Under the pieces are notes generated by a model. The model worked only from the letters and a program-made list of their open reading frames with translations, did no database searches and was not told where the DNA came from. From IMG/VR virus record IMGVR_UViG_3300045988_122718, positions 64,001 through 128,000 of that record: a DNA stretch of 64,000 nucleotides; one strand, 5' to 3'. The stretch's first letter is position 1. Every line of letters begins with the position of its first letter. Both the position numbers and the translations under genes were made by a program. The stretch comes from a virus. Below are positions 19,820 through 29,978 of this stretch, one piece after another.

Positions 19820-22800
19820 TTAACCACAGTGACTATACCCACATGATTTACAAATGTCACATCCCCCTTCGTGCTCAAGTAGCTCCCCACACTCTGGGCA
19901 TCTTCCGTTCTTTTCAGTAACAATCTTAATATCATTAGGAACTCTAGATTCATCATATTCTTCCTCGGAATCTGTGTCATAAGTATCTCCGATTTCATCT
20001 TGCATTTCCTTCCACATGTCTACAAGCGCATTTCCAATAGCCATAGGACAACAAGAACCCTTTGATGTGTCATGCTTTGTGGCTGTTCTTGCTGCGTAGC
20101 TTGGGCATACACCGGTTGAATCTAGCTGGTCTTTAATTGTAGCAATATCAACACCTGCTCTACATAGAAGAGATACTGTACGACTTAAACCAGTCATAAA
20201 ATTAGCACAACCACCAGTGCTACCTTTGTTGAAATATACTTCCTGCAAGTCACCATTGTATGGATCAAAGAAAGCCAATACATGAAGACTTCCACATCCA
20301 GTAGTCAGTTTGCGCTTTTTACCAATAAGGTCATCGGAACAGTTCATGATTGCACCACGTGGAATAGATTCTTCCGTCTGAATTTCTTCTTTGTTTTTAT
20401 CTTCTACAATCAATACACCTTCACGCTTACAGCCAGAACGATAAATTGTAATACCCTTTAGGCCATTCTTCCAAGCTGACATATAGATATTTTTAACATC
20501 ATCAATCGTAGCCTCATTTGGTAGATTTACTGTAGAGCTAATGCTCGCGTCAATCCCCTTTTGCCAAGCAGCCTGCATAGCTACACGTTTGTTATAGTCA
20601 ATTTCGGAAGAATCAACAAACCAATCAGGGAATTTATCGTTGACAGTAAGTCCGTGTTCGTCTGCATACTTTTGATAAATAGGGGTAAGCACATCATAGT
20701 ACTGAGTTGTTTCGTGCAGAGATTCTGTCTTACGCTTGTAGCTCTTTGCGAAAATAGGCTCAATACCACCACTGATTCCAAGCATTGTTGAGATGGTTCC
20801 GGTTGGAGCAATGGTTAGAAGTTGACTATTGCGTAGACCATAATTATCAACCATGTTTCTTGTTATGGTGTCTGCATTTGCTCTAAAGAATGGGGTATCA
20901 ATTGTTGCATTTGTATATTTAGGATATATACCCTTTTCACAAGCTAAGTGAGAAGAAACATAAATTGCGTGGTTAGCCATTGCCATAGAAATATCACGGC
21001 AGTGTTCGATTGCCTCGTCACTATCATAACGTAAATGCATCTTGATGAGCATATCAGCAACGCCGCATACCCCTAGTCCAACTTGACGCCAATCTCTTAC
21101 GCTATCTCTTTGCTCTTGTAGAGGATGAAGAGGAAGACCTTCGTCAAGAACCTCGTTTAAGTATCTAATACCAATATCTACTGTATCATAGAAATCATCA
21201 TACATAAAATTGCCATAATCATCTACAAAGGCAGACAGATTAATGGAACCGAGTAGGCATGACCCACCAGCGGGAAGAGGTTCTTCTGCACAAGGATTGG
21301 TTCCAGCATATTCGAAGTCTGGATTATTACTTAACAGATTATATTCTTCAATATTATCCCAGAATAGAATTCCTGGCTCTGCCCAGTTCCAATTGTTCTC
21401 ACATAGCTTATCAAAAATATCTCTTGCTTTTGCAGTCTTTGTGATTGTTTCACCAGTTTCTGGACGAGTAAAAGACATTACCCAATCGGTATCATCTTCG
21501 ACCGCTTGCATAAAATCATCTGTTACACGAACAGATATATTAGCTTTAGTAACGCTATTTTCTTTGGTCTTGATGTCAATAAAGTCTAGTAGGTCTGGAT
21601 GATGACAATCAAGACTAATCATTAAAGCGCCTCTGCGGCCATTCTGACCGATTTCCTCGGTTGTCTGACTATAGCCCTGCATGAAACTTACGGCGCCACT
21701 AGTCTTTTCTGCTTGATTATGGACCTTTGCACCAGCAGGGGCAAGTTTAGAAATGTCAATTCCGCAGCCTCCACCATACGAATATGTTCTTGCTAGCTTC
21801 TTACGACTTTCAAAAATAGACTCAATGTTGTCTTCTGGAGGTGCAATTACATAGCAATTATGAACAATAACACCATTTACATTATATGTATGCGTGTCTT
21901 CTACAGATAAGTTGTATACTTTGCAGTGGCAATCTTCAGAGATGCTAATTGAACTTAGAGCCGCATACTCAAAATCGCCACGTACATCAAGGCTATTTCT
22001 TCCGTCACTATATTGTTTAGACAATAGTGGATTTAAAAATTTATTAGAAATAGATACCCCAACACGAAATTCATATGTATCGGCTTGACGCTCTACGGAA
22101 TGAATAGGAGATGCGTTAATGCCATTCATCCACATTGTATAATGTAGCCAATCAATTAATTTACGATTTTTTAGCACAATACGAAATGCACCGTGTGTGT
22201 CTAACGTACCATCTGCGTCACATAGTCCGACCATCATTGGAACACAACCAAGATATTCATCAGGAACAAATTTATCGTTGCATTTTTCTCCAAAATGGTT
22301 AATAAACCAAGATGCTACAATTTCACTTTCAAACCTTAAAGCAATAACATTCTGATTGGTTTCACGATAAGATGCATGAATACCAAAAACACTTTCACCA
22401 ATAGATTTACAACGTTCAAACGCATCACGCTCTGTGGTTGCGTTGAATACGATTTGTAGAATAGATGGATTTTTATAACCACGGCGTGCCGTTATACTAC
22501 CATCACCCAACCAACGACCAATAAAATATGCAAAATCATCATCAAATACCCACTCAGCACGTACAGAGTTACCTCTATGCTGATAGGTTGTAGTTCCACG
22601 GTCATTTACAAGCGTATAAATTTGAGCCATTCCGTCTTTTACTTCAACCTTGCTATTGTCTCTAGCCTTAAATCCATCAAGAGCGGATACAATCTTTGGC
22701 GTAAGCTTAATCATATGGCGTTGTGCCATCTTGATTTTATCTTGTGCTTTAATTTGCTCAGAACAAGCAAGTATACGGTCTGCTCGTTTCCAACCGTGGT

Positions 22801-23236
22801 TTGTCAAAAATTTATGATTTGGAGTACATTTGATTGGTTCCATAAAATTTATACTTTTAAGACAATAAATATCTCCAGTATATTCACGACACATAATGTC
22901 ATTTACACGATGAAACTGTTCATCATGAGACAGTACCATGTCTCCAATAGCAATATCTTCAATATTTTTAAATCCGTCAATCGTAAGCACTTTGGAACCA
23001 GCCATAAAACAATTTGAGTAAGTGACTCTAGTGTCCTTTACACCTCGGTTGCTAAGAATACGACCACCAGGAACAAACTTCTTATTGATAATTGCTTTCT
23101 TTGCTCTCTTATTACCGCCACTTACTCTGTCTAGCCATTCATCAAATGACTCTTCGCCCTTACGATATTTTCTCATCCAAATATCAATTCCAAGTTTATT
23201 GTCTTTCCCTAACCACTGTTCTACTGTCATAGGCAT
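19820..23236 (-). CDS. nrdJ: class II (adenosylcobalamin-dependent) ribonucleotide reductase, intein-containing precursor
   Basis: The extein reads ...TYSN|CYVIAPPEDNIES.... Large RNR core motifs are present (NPCAEEPLP..GSCLLGS). The C-terminal Cys-rich tail is CPECGELLEHEGGCDICKSCG. Length is 753 aa without the intein. Confidence 0.85.
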   Translation of the reverse strand: MPMTVEQWLGKDNKLGIDIWMRKYRKGEESFDEWLDRVSGGNKRAKKAIINKKFVPGGRILSNRGVKDTRVTYSNCFMAGSKVLTIDGFKNIEDIAIGDMVLSHDEQFHRVNDIMCREYTGDIYCLKSINFMEPIKCTPNHKFLTNHGWKRADRILACSEQIKAQDKIKMAQRHMIKLTPKIVSALDGFKARDNSKVEVKDGMAQIYTLVNDRGTTTYQHRGNSVRAEWVFDDDFAYFIGRWLGDGSITARRGYKNPSILQIVFNATTERDAFERCKSIGESVFGIHASYRETNQNVIALRFESEIVASWFINHFGEKCNDKFVPDEYLGCVPMMVGLCDADGTLDTHGAFRIVLKNRKLIDWLHYTMWMNGINASPIHSVERQADTYEFRVGVSISNKFLNPLLSKQYSDGRNSLDVRGDFEYAALSSISISEDCHCKVYNLSVEDTHTYNVNGVIVHNCYVIAPPEDNIESIFESRKKLARTYSYGGGCGIDISKLAPAGAKVHNQAEKTSGAVSFMQGYSQTTEEIGQNGRRGALMISLDCHHPDLLDFIDIKTKENSVTKANISVRVTDDFMQAVEDDTDWVMSFTRPETGETITKTAKARDIFDKLCENNWNWAEPGILFWDNIEEYNLLSNNPDFEYAGTNPCAEEPLPAGGSCLLGSINLSAFVDDYGNFMYDDFYDTVDIGIRYLNEVLDEGLPLHPLQEQRDSVRDWRQVGLGVCGVADMLIKMHLRYDSDEAIEHCRDISMAMANHAIYVSSHLACEKGIYPKYTNATIDTPFFRANADTITRNMVDNYGLRNSQLLTIAPTGTISTMLGISGGIEPIFAKSYKRKTESLHETTQYYDVLTPIYQKYADEHGLTVNDKFPDWFVDSSEIDYNKRVAMQAAWQKGIDASISSTVNLPNEATIDDVKNIYMSAWKNGLKGITIYRSGCKREGVLIVEDKNKEEIQTEESIPRGAIMNCSDDLIGKKRKLTTGCGSLHVLAFFDPYNGDLQEVYFNKGSTGGCANFMTGLSRTVSLLCRAGVDIATIKDQLDSTGVCPSYAARTATKHDTSKGSCCPMAIGNALVDMWKEMQDEIGDTYDTDSEEEYDESRVPNDIKIVTEKNGRCPECGELLEHEGGCDICKSCGYSHCG
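21857..23011 (-). mobile_element. intein (385 aa) with LAGLIDADG homing endonuclease domain
   Basis: It begins CFMAGSKVLTIDG (Cys1), ends ...GVIVHN, and is followed by extein Cys+1. The two LAGLIDADG motifs are FAYFIGRWLGDGS and MMVGLCDADGT. Confidence 0.9.
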
Positions 23237-23298
23237 CTCTCCTTATCTAAATAACTTTTTATATCTACTAAGAACGGACACTTGCCGTACTTTTCGAG

Positions 23299-23454
23299 CT
23301 AACAATCCATGAGCGTATCAAATCCTTCTTGGCTAAGAAGACATTCAACAGACCCATCATCAAAAAATCTTGCAAAATGACAACCACAAGCTGCCGTTGG
23401 TTCTTTTGTAACTAAAATGCTTGTCGGACATTTATGAATTTCAAAATGCTCCAT
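23299..23454 (-). CDS. small Cys-rich hypothetical protein (51 aa)
   Basis: MEHFEIHKCPTSILVTKEPTAACGCHF... fills the gap between thyX and nrdJ. It is below the ORF-track cutoff. Confidence 0.35.
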   Translation of the reverse strand: MEHFEIHKCPTSILVTKEPTAACGCHFARFFDDGSVECLLSQEGFDTLMDC

Positions 23455-23455
23455 T

Positions 23456-24166
23456 TTAGTTTCCTCCATTATTGTTTAAAATTTCTTTAAGCCGTTTCTT
23501 AGTTGGATATGCACCACAAGATTTTTTGCCCTCTGGACACCATAGCAAATACTGACACTCTGGCACTAGTTTGGATTCAAGGTTTGGCAAAATCTTAACA
23601 ACCTCTTTCTTCATTTCTACTGCTAGCTGACGAATAATATCTTCCGCCCGAGAACATAGTCTTTTGTGCATAAAGTGGATAATACCTTCCACAGTAAAGC
23701 CAATTACAAAAGCAGTATGTGTTGAAATAGGCAGTACATATCTCGCCTGTTCGTTTGCTCTTTCTTGTGTCTTGCCCTTAGATAAAACATAAGACTGAAT
23801 ATATTCATATAGGTTCGTGACATCTTGCATATGCTTATCATACTTTGCTAGTAGTTCAGGATTATCAGTAATTTCTACTGGCACCTCATATGCAAAATGA
23901 TCCTTCCCTACATATCGAAACGACTGAACGTTCTTAAACACCCCAACCTCATGTCGCACTGCTTGGTCAACAGTGAAGCGAGGAATGTCTGTAACTAAAA
24001 ACTTGATAAAGTCACCGCGACTACCACTAAAATGCCCATTTGCCATACAACCCTTACCAATTGGGATTGGATCGTCAGTATGAGTATCGTAACAAATCGC
24101 ACTTGTTTCACCCCAATTAGTGAACAGTTTTGATACTGCATCTGGATTTAAAATTTTTACATTCAA
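23456..24166 (-). CDS. thyX: flavin-dependent thymidylate synthase
   Basis: GHFSGSRGDFIKF....SRFTVDQAVRHEVGVFKNVQSFRYV approximates the ThyX motif (RH-x(7-8)-S-x-RY). Confidence 0.75.
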   Translation of the reverse strand: MNVKILNPDAVSKLFTNWGETSAICYDTHTDDPIPIGKGCMANGHFSGSRGDFIKFLVTDIPRFTVDQAVRHEVGVFKNVQSFRYVGKDHFAYEVPVEITDNPELLAKYDKHMQDVTNLYEYIQSYVLSKGKTQERANEQARYVLPISTHTAFVIGFTVEGIIHFMHKRLCSRAEDIIRQLAVEMKKEVVKILPNLESKLVPECQYLLWCPEGKKSCGAYPTKKRLKEILNNNGGN

Positions 24167-24738
24167 TTCGACATCAGCTCCTCATCCTGCTTATAAAACT
24201 CCTCTACTGCCGCAACAATTTCATCCCAATTTGTGCAACGCTTAATACTATAAGCTTCATCATGCACATTCTTGTTCCAAGGTTTTTCTAAGACTACCCT
24301 ATTGCATCGAATATTTCCAATAAGATTGTCTAGATTATCATCAATCATTACATCTACGGCTAGAAGGCTCTTGTCTCTGATGCAGATAATATGAGATTCA
24401 TCAATAAACGGGAAATAGCTTTGCAGCCACTCAACCTTCCAAGGAAAGTTCTCCCAATGTGTTGCAGTTGTAATATACACATCATAGCCGTTATCAATCA
24501 GCTTTTTTGTTCCCCATTGAGAATGATATACAGGAGTAAGAGAACGCCAAACGTCCTCTCTTCTCCATAGAGCAGTGTACTTTTCTGCATCTTCAAATGG
24601 TAAGCATTTATAGATATCATACGAAGTAAATGTGTCTTCTGTAATGTCCGTACCATTCTCTTCATTGAATACTTTACATACAGCTTCGTTAAGATTATTC
24701 AGAACATCATCACAATCCAAAGCAATTCTATATCTCAT
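24163..24738 (-). CDS. 5'(3')-deoxyribonucleotidase (HAD/NT5C family)
   Basis: N-terminal IALDCDDVLNNL (DxDxV motif). The size and C-terminal pattern are typical of NT5C-type phage nucleotidases. Confidence 0.7.
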   Translation of the reverse strand: MRYRIALDCDDVLNNLNEAVCKVFNEENGTDITEDTFTSYDIYKCLPFEDAEKYTALWRREDVWRSLTPVYHSQWGTKKLIDNGYDVYITTATHWENFPWKVEWLQSYFPFIDESHIICIRDKSLLAVDVMIDDNLDNLIGNIRCNRVVLEKPWNKNVHDEAYSIKRCTNWDEIVAAVEEFYKQDEELMSN

Positions 24739-25856
24739 ACATTTCCTCCATTAATTTTGTACTGTACAATATAATCAGACCAATTAGTACCATTATCGTT
24801 GAATAGCAGAGAATAGAAGATGGCCACCAAACAGGATGTTACGATAGAATTACCAGCCTGTTTATAAAGGGCAGAGTCACTTACGTACTTAGATGCACGA
24901 TTGCAGTCTTCATCGGAGAAGCTCATCAGCCTCCAGCATTCTTTTGGTGTTAGTTTTCTAATCCTCCATTTAATATTATCCACTACAAGCGGCTGTCTAT
25001 TGCCACCTTGTGCAGTCATAATAGTAGGAGAAACAGAATCCTGATCCCACACATTTCCAGCATATCCAGTACCAAACTGTTCACCGTAGATATTACCAAT
25101 TCTAACTGGGTTGATATCTTCTGACTCAATAACTCTCTTATCACCACAAGCATCAATAGTACGAAGTGTACCAACGACATCATCCTTGAAGAATCTTAGT
25201 CCTTCATCGCAACGCTGCTCACAAACGACGGGTTCCATTACATAATTATCCTTGGCAACAGTAGTAATAGTATTGGTAGTTCCGTTCATATTGGCTTCAA
25301 GTCTCTGCTCCGTAGGAGAACCCGTAGTTCTGTCTGATGAATTCTCTGGATTTCGACCACGAGAAGCTACAATGAAATATTCATCAACAAGAATCTTATG
25401 TGAAGTATATTCACCAGATGTTGAACCATGAGAATTTGACATAACAGTATGTGCAATACATTCTGCACTATATACTCTGCCACTCTGGTCAAAACTAGAA
25501 TCTAGCTGATCGACTTTGATAATGCTAGGCTCAATAACACCAGTCATAGACTGATTACCAAAGCCCTTATAATCTCTAGCCATAAGAGTATGTGCAACAT
25601 TTGTTAGACCATCGAATGTCGTTTCCTGATTTTTTAGATTAATACCACTAGCTTCGTTTTGTCTTGCAATAAAGTTTGCAAGAATGCTTTCTACTTTATC
25701 ACCAGAGAGGTAGTATTTCTCATCTACGGTCTTCTCTAGAATATCCTTTAGACGAGTTGTTAGAGGAATCTGCTCTGGCCAAGTAAAATCTTTCCATAGC
25801 TTGATATTTGGGTTTTTCTCAATTTCTTTCATTATTTCTTGAACTTTATTATTCAT
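24735..25856 (-). CDS. DNA (cytosine-5) methyltransferase, C-terminal fragment (TRD + motifs IX-X)
   Basis: FTWPEQIPLTTRLKDILE..., RKLTPKECWRLMSF and LYKQAGNSIV (motif X). The ATG at 25856 has an AGGTGGG RBS and overlaps the HNH stop. Confidence 0.8.
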   Translation of the reverse strand: MNNKVQEIMKEIEKNPNIKLWKDFTWPEQIPLTTRLKDILEKTVDEKYYLSGDKVESILANFIARQNEASGINLKNQETTFDGLTNVAHTLMARDYKGFGNQSMTGVIEPSIIKVDQLDSSFDQSGRVYSAECIAHTVMSNSHGSTSGEYTSHKILVDEYFIVASRGRNPENSSDRTTGSPTEQRLEANMNGTTNTITTVAKDNYVMEPVVCEQRCDEGLRFFKDDVVGTLRTIDACGDKRVIESEDINPVRIGNIYGEQFGTGYAGNVWDQDSVSPTIMTAQGGNRQPLVVDNIKWRIRKLTPKECWRLMSFSDEDCNRASKYVSDSALYKQAGNSIVTSCLVAIFYSLLFNDNGTNWSDYIVQYKINGGNV

Positions 25857-26379
25857 ATTCCCACCTATATCCTTTATATAATTTATGCAATCTACATGCT
25901 CTTGCAATTCCACTATTGTCATATCCTAAAATACGTCCTGCTTCACGAGTTGATGCGAATTTTGCTATAAAGTTCATATTTGAATCATATTGCAATATTG
26001 GTTTACTCCAATAATTTTTTGCCATTGTTCCACATTGTTCTTTGTTCTTTTTAGAGGCTCTACCTTTGGCATTATTTTCTTCCCATGTTAACAATTGCAT
26101 ATTATCAAAAGTATAATCCCTATAATCATCAATACGATCTATAGATGGACATAAATTTTTATTATAATTACTGTCTTTATAATTTTGTAATAATGATAAA
26201 ATCTTTTCTTTATAATTTGACAAAATCCAATCATTAAATTGATTTCTTGTAAATGATAATTCAGATGAAAATTTATTCTTTTCATCTCTTTTCATTCTTC
26301 CGTATTGCTTTGTTACCCAGTAATGCAAATCACCTTTATGTGTCTGGTCATACCATTTTTTATACTCATTTTTCGTCAT
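25849..26379 (-). CDS. HNH homing endonuclease (with NUMOD/IENR-like DNA-binding C-terminus)
   Basis: PSIDRIDDYRDYTFDNMQLLTWEENNAKG (HNH core) and a C-terminal ...TREAGRILG...GYRWEY. It is inserted between the two halves of the C5-MTase. Confidence 0.8.
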   Translation of the reverse strand: MTKNEYKKWYDQTHKGDLHYWVTKQYGRMKRDEKNKFSSELSFTRNQFNDWILSNYKEKILSLLQNYKDSNYNKNLCPSIDRIDDYRDYTFDNMQLLTWEENNAKGRASKKNKEQCGTMAKNYWSKPILQYDSNMNFIAKFASTREAGRILGYDNSGIARACRLHKLYKGYRWEYE

Positions 26380-27061
26380 TTATATCAATCCTTTTGCTAA
26401 TACAAAAAATACGAAGCCTGTTTTGTGGAACACCGTAATTCTTGCTATTCAATAAGTCAAATGTACTCTCGTACCCAATCTCAGTAAGTTTTTCCAGATA
26501 CTTAATAAAATTATGTTTGTGCTTATCACTCAATACGGCTGCAACATTTTCCCAAATTACATATTTAGGCTTTGATGTTCCAATTAGACGCAGAGATTCC
26601 CACATAAGAGAACTAGTTGTACCACTACCTTCGTCTCCACCAGCACCGAGTCCGGCCTGTGAAAAACTTTGACAAGGGCTACTATGAAAAACGATGTCTA
26701 CGTAAGGAAGACTTTCACAAAGACTTACATCACCAAGATTTTTTGCCAACTTATCCGCTAGATAATATTGCTTGACTTTATTTTCATTAGTTCTCATTGT
26801 GATGGTGTGCTTCGATTTGGCGAAGTCAAAGCCCACATTTTTCTTCTGTAGTTCAGATACCATGGTTTCTTTAGATGGAAATGTATAATTGTTAAATTCC
26901 TTCTCAAAGTCATACCTCATTGCTGCGTAACTTAAAATAGCATCTTTTTCAACATCCATCGTTGCAACAACTTCACAATTGATAGGCAACTGTCTAAGTG
27001 CCCTTTCTTGGGCACCAATACCCGAAAAAATCTCTATCAGCTTAATTTTATTATTGCCCAT
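26366..27061 (-). CDS. DNA (cytosine-5) methyltransferase, N-terminal fragment (motifs I-VIII)
   Basis: IEIFSGIGA (motif I), SSPCQSFSQAG (IV), VIWENV (VI), QNRLRIF (VIII). It ends 10 codons after motif VIII. Confidence 0.85.
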   Translation of the reverse strand: MGNNKIKLIEIFSGIGAQERALRQLPINCEVVATMDVEKDAILSYAAMRYDFEKEFNNYTFPSKETMVSELQKKNVGFDFAKSKHTITMRTNENKVKQYYLADKLAKNLGDVSLCESLPYVDIVFHSSPCQSFSQAGLGAGGDEGSGTTSSLMWESLRLIGTSKPKYVIWENVAAVLSDKHKHNFIKYLEKLTEIGYESTFDLLNSKNYGVPQNRLRIFCISKRIDINDEK

Positions 27062-27075
27062 AAACTTACCTCAAA

Positions 27076-27621
27076 TTAATTTTGTACTGTTTCTACTTCA
27101 ACAATATGTTTCAGCACAGAATACGCTTTATCCTCGTTTAGATTACTAATAGCGTAATCAAACCCACCATGTGCTTTCATATGAATAAACTGTTTCATCT
27201 CTGCCCTATTTCTAGCAAAGAAATCTTCCACAGAATCTCCACGATACAAAGCACGGTCTAGACGAACTTCTGTAGGTACATTGATATAAATAGAACATAG
27301 GTCAATATCTTCAAGTCCCAGACTTTCTAGTGTTTCAAGCCCTGCTGGGTCGATGATATAAATATCATTATTATAAATTTGCTCAATTGTCGTCCAATAG
27401 TGGGACCCGTTAATTTCAGTATAAGCAGCCAAATTATCCTTCATTTGCTCATAAAAGGCATCGTCTACAAAAATATGCGTGTCTCCTTCATTTGCACGAC
27501 GAGGGCGAGTTGTATAGCTGATAATCTTTTTTAGACTAGTATCTTCACATAGTCTATTCACCAAAGTATCTTTACCAGCACCAGTTTCAGCCATAATGCA
27601 AAACAACTTATGATTACTCAT
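27076..27621 (-). CDS. guanylate-kinase-like nucleoside monophosphate kinase
   Basis: P-loop AETGAGKDT and SYTTRPRRANEGDTHIFV (GMP-kinase-type motif). GAGGAG RBS before the internal ATG. Confidence 0.6.
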   Translation of the reverse strand: MSNHKLFCIMAETGAGKDTLVNRLCEDTSLKKIISYTTRPRRANEGDTHIFVDDAFYEQMKDNLAAYTEINGSHYWTTIEQIYNNDIYIIDPAGLETLESLGLEDIDLCSIYINVPTEVRLDRALYRGDSVEDFFARNRAEMKQFIHMKAHGGFDYAISNLNEDKAYSVLKHIVEVETVQN

Positions 27622-27937
27622 ATGTCTTCTCCTCTTCTTCTCCAAACTTCGGTGTCTCTACCTCATGGTCAATAGCCTTCTGACAGAAGTCAAGAACCTT
27701 CTTTACGGTTCTGCGCATATCGGCCATAGTGCGCTTACCAGGCTTATTCAGTTCCGCATTGATAATGTTAGCAATAGTTACCGCCATAGTACGTGCGCCA
27801 AGCAAAAGTGCCTGTGTACGAATCTTTTCTACAACGTCTGTTACCTTATCCTTGAACTCATCCTTCTTCCCATCGGCAATATCGTTATCTACAATGACAT
27901 CCTCATTTTCATTTACGACATTAATGTTTTCGTCCAT
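27614..27937 (-). CDS. hypothetical protein
   Basis: ORF behind promoter + leader box + GGAGG RBS. No domain recognised. Confidence 0.5.
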   Translation of the reverse strand: MDENINVVNENEDVIVDNDIADGKKDEFKDKVTDVVEKIRTQALLLGARTMAVTIANIINAELNKPGKRTMADMRRTVKKVLDFCQKAIDHEVETPKFGEEEEKTYE

Positions 27938-27953
27938 TACTTTTCCTCCTTCA

Positions 27954-27998
27954 TTAATTTTGTACTGTAAGTATAACACCACTTGCAATATTTGTCAA
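27954..27998 (-). promoter_or_regulatory. sigma-A promoter + leader box
   Basis: In - sense: TTGACA (27993-27998, overlapping the ligA TGA), 17 nt spacer, TGTTATACT (-10 at 27970-27975), then ACAGTACAAAATTAA (27954-27968). Confidence 0.65.
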
Positions 27999-29944
27999 GA
28001 GGGATTTTTAATCATATTTAAGAAATCTTCTTCGTTGATGATAGGGATTCTTAAATCTATTGCCTTCTTGTTTTTGCCACTTGTACTATTCTTATCGTTG
28101 TTGATTAGGTAGTCTGTCTTCTTGCTTACACTAGACACATACTTGCCGCCATTATATTCAATAACTTTAACAAGCGTATCTCTATTGGCATAATGAATAA
28201 GGTTGCCAGTAATACAAAAACTTTTACCGTCAAGACTAGCACTAGAAATTGCACCATCATCAACAATAAAGTTTACTTCCATAGGCAACAATTCTACCAT
28301 TGAGTCTTTACTATGCCACCAATCGTGCAATGACTTATTAGTAATCTCGCCGAAATCATCAATCTGAGAAAAATCATAGTTATCATTAGCTAATGCCATT
28401 ATAAAATCATAGTGATTACCATTAAATTTTTTGCTAATAGCCTTTGCTGCAGATAGACCAATATTAGGAATACCTAATGCTGCAATAAAATTCTCTAGCT
28501 TTACATCTCTACTTTTTTCTATACTATTTAATAGATTTTCAACGGACTTTTTGCCCATTCCATCTAAGGTGCACAGTTTACCCACATGCTCCTTTAAATG
28601 ATAAATATCGCGGAAATTCTTTACTAAATTATTAGAAATTAGGAGCGATAATGTCTTCTCCGATAGCCCATCAATATTCATGCATTTACGACTTACAAAG
28701 TGAGTGAATCGAGCCAACTTCTTTGCGGGACAATCTGGATTAGTACACATTAGCACCTTACTATTATCTGTATACTTAACCTCTGTAGGATAGCCACAAC
28801 ATTGGCAGGTAGTAGGAATCTTTAACGTATTGCTGCGAGTTAGATTATCGTCAATTTTAGGAATAACCATGTTTGAACGATACACCGTAATATTATCTCC
28901 AATACCAAGCTCAAGTTGCTCAATAATGGAAAGGTTGTGAAGTGTAGCTCTTGTAGTCAAGGCTCCGTCTAGGTCAACCTCATCGAAAACGGCTACTGGA
29001 GCAATAATTCCGGTTCTTGTCGTATTCCACTCAACATCTCTTAGTACCGTTTCATAAGTTTCATCACCGAACTTAAATGCGTAAGCTGCATTGCTATGAT
29101 GTGATGTTGTCCCAAGGCTTTCGCCATACTTAATATCATCAAAACGTCCAACCAACCCATCAATTGGATATCCAAGCTTTTTAGCCTTATTGACCAAAAA
29201 CTCCTTTGCATCCCAATCAAAAGAACTAGTCCACGGAACAACAGTAAAACCTAACTCATCAATAAGTACTAACTTACGCAAGAAGCTATTTTCATTATCA
29301 AAACCTTTGATTGCATTCCAAGCCACAAAAGTTAGAGGTCTCTTTGCGCATTCATTTGAATCAAGTAATCTGATACTTCCAGAGGCAAAGTTTCTCGGAT
29401 TCTTATACTCTGTAGAGAATGGCTCAAAGTCATCATATGTGCAGATAATCTCACCATCAATAATGAGTTCATCCTTATATGGAATCTTATGTGGAACTGT
29501 TTTTACAGTTTTAATGTTGTGAAAAATATCTTCTCCAATTTCTCCATTACCACGAGTTTCTGCTGATATTAGTTCGCCGTCAATGTATCTTATACTGCAA
29601 GTAAGGCCATCCATCTTTAGCATTCCTATAACATCTTTACTACCAAAGTATCTAATAAATTCATTCCAATCTTTAGTCTTTGCCAAAGATAGCATGGGGT
29701 GGTTATGAGTGACCTTCTGTAGTTCAGACTTTACTTCATACCCAACTTTATGCGTAGGCGATGCCATCATAACAAATCCAGTCTCCTGCTCTAGAGAACG
29801 AAGTTCTTCTAGAAGTGCATCAAACTCATAATCCTCCATAATTGTATTACCAGTATTATAATAAGCATCCGCTGCCTTATTAAGCAATTCTGTTAATTCT
29901 TTAATTCTACCAATTTTCTCCAATACTTGATCCCTCCCATTCAA
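27995..29944 (-). CDS. ligA: NAD+-dependent DNA ligase
   Basis: Adenylation motif LKMDGL, OB domain, Cys4 zinc finger (CQCCGYP...CTNPDCPAK), HhH region and C-terminal BRCT-like domain. 649 aa. Confidence 0.9.
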   Translation of the reverse strand: MNGRDQVLEKIGRIKELTELLNKAADAYYNTGNTIMEDYEFDALLEELRSLEQETGFVMMASPTHKVGYEVKSELQKVTHNHPMLSLAKTKDWNEFIRYFGSKDVIGMLKMDGLTCSIRYIDGELISAETRGNGEIGEDIFHNIKTVKTVPHKIPYKDELIIDGEIICTYDDFEPFSTEYKNPRNFASGSIRLLDSNECAKRPLTFVAWNAIKGFDNENSFLRKLVLIDELGFTVVPWTSSFDWDAKEFLVNKAKKLGYPIDGLVGRFDDIKYGESLGTTSHHSNAAYAFKFGDETYETVLRDVEWNTTRTGIIAPVAVFDEVDLDGALTTRATLHNLSIIEQLELGIGDNITVYRSNMVIPKIDDNLTRSNTLKIPTTCQCCGYPTEVKYTDNSKVLMCTNPDCPAKKLARFTHFVSRKCMNIDGLSEKTLSLLISNNLVKNFRDIYHLKEHVGKLCTLDGMGKKSVENLLNSIEKSRDVKLENFIAALGIPNIGLSAAKAISKKFNGNHYDFIMALANDNYDFSQIDDFGEITNKSLHDWWHSKDSMVELLPMEVNFIVDDGAISSASLDGKSFCITGNLIHYANRDTLVKVIEYNGGKYVSSVSKKTDYLINNDKNSTSGKNKKAIDLRIPIINEEDFLNMIKNPS

Positions 29945-29978
29945 TTTTTGTCATATATCCACATCTTAAAGTATATTT

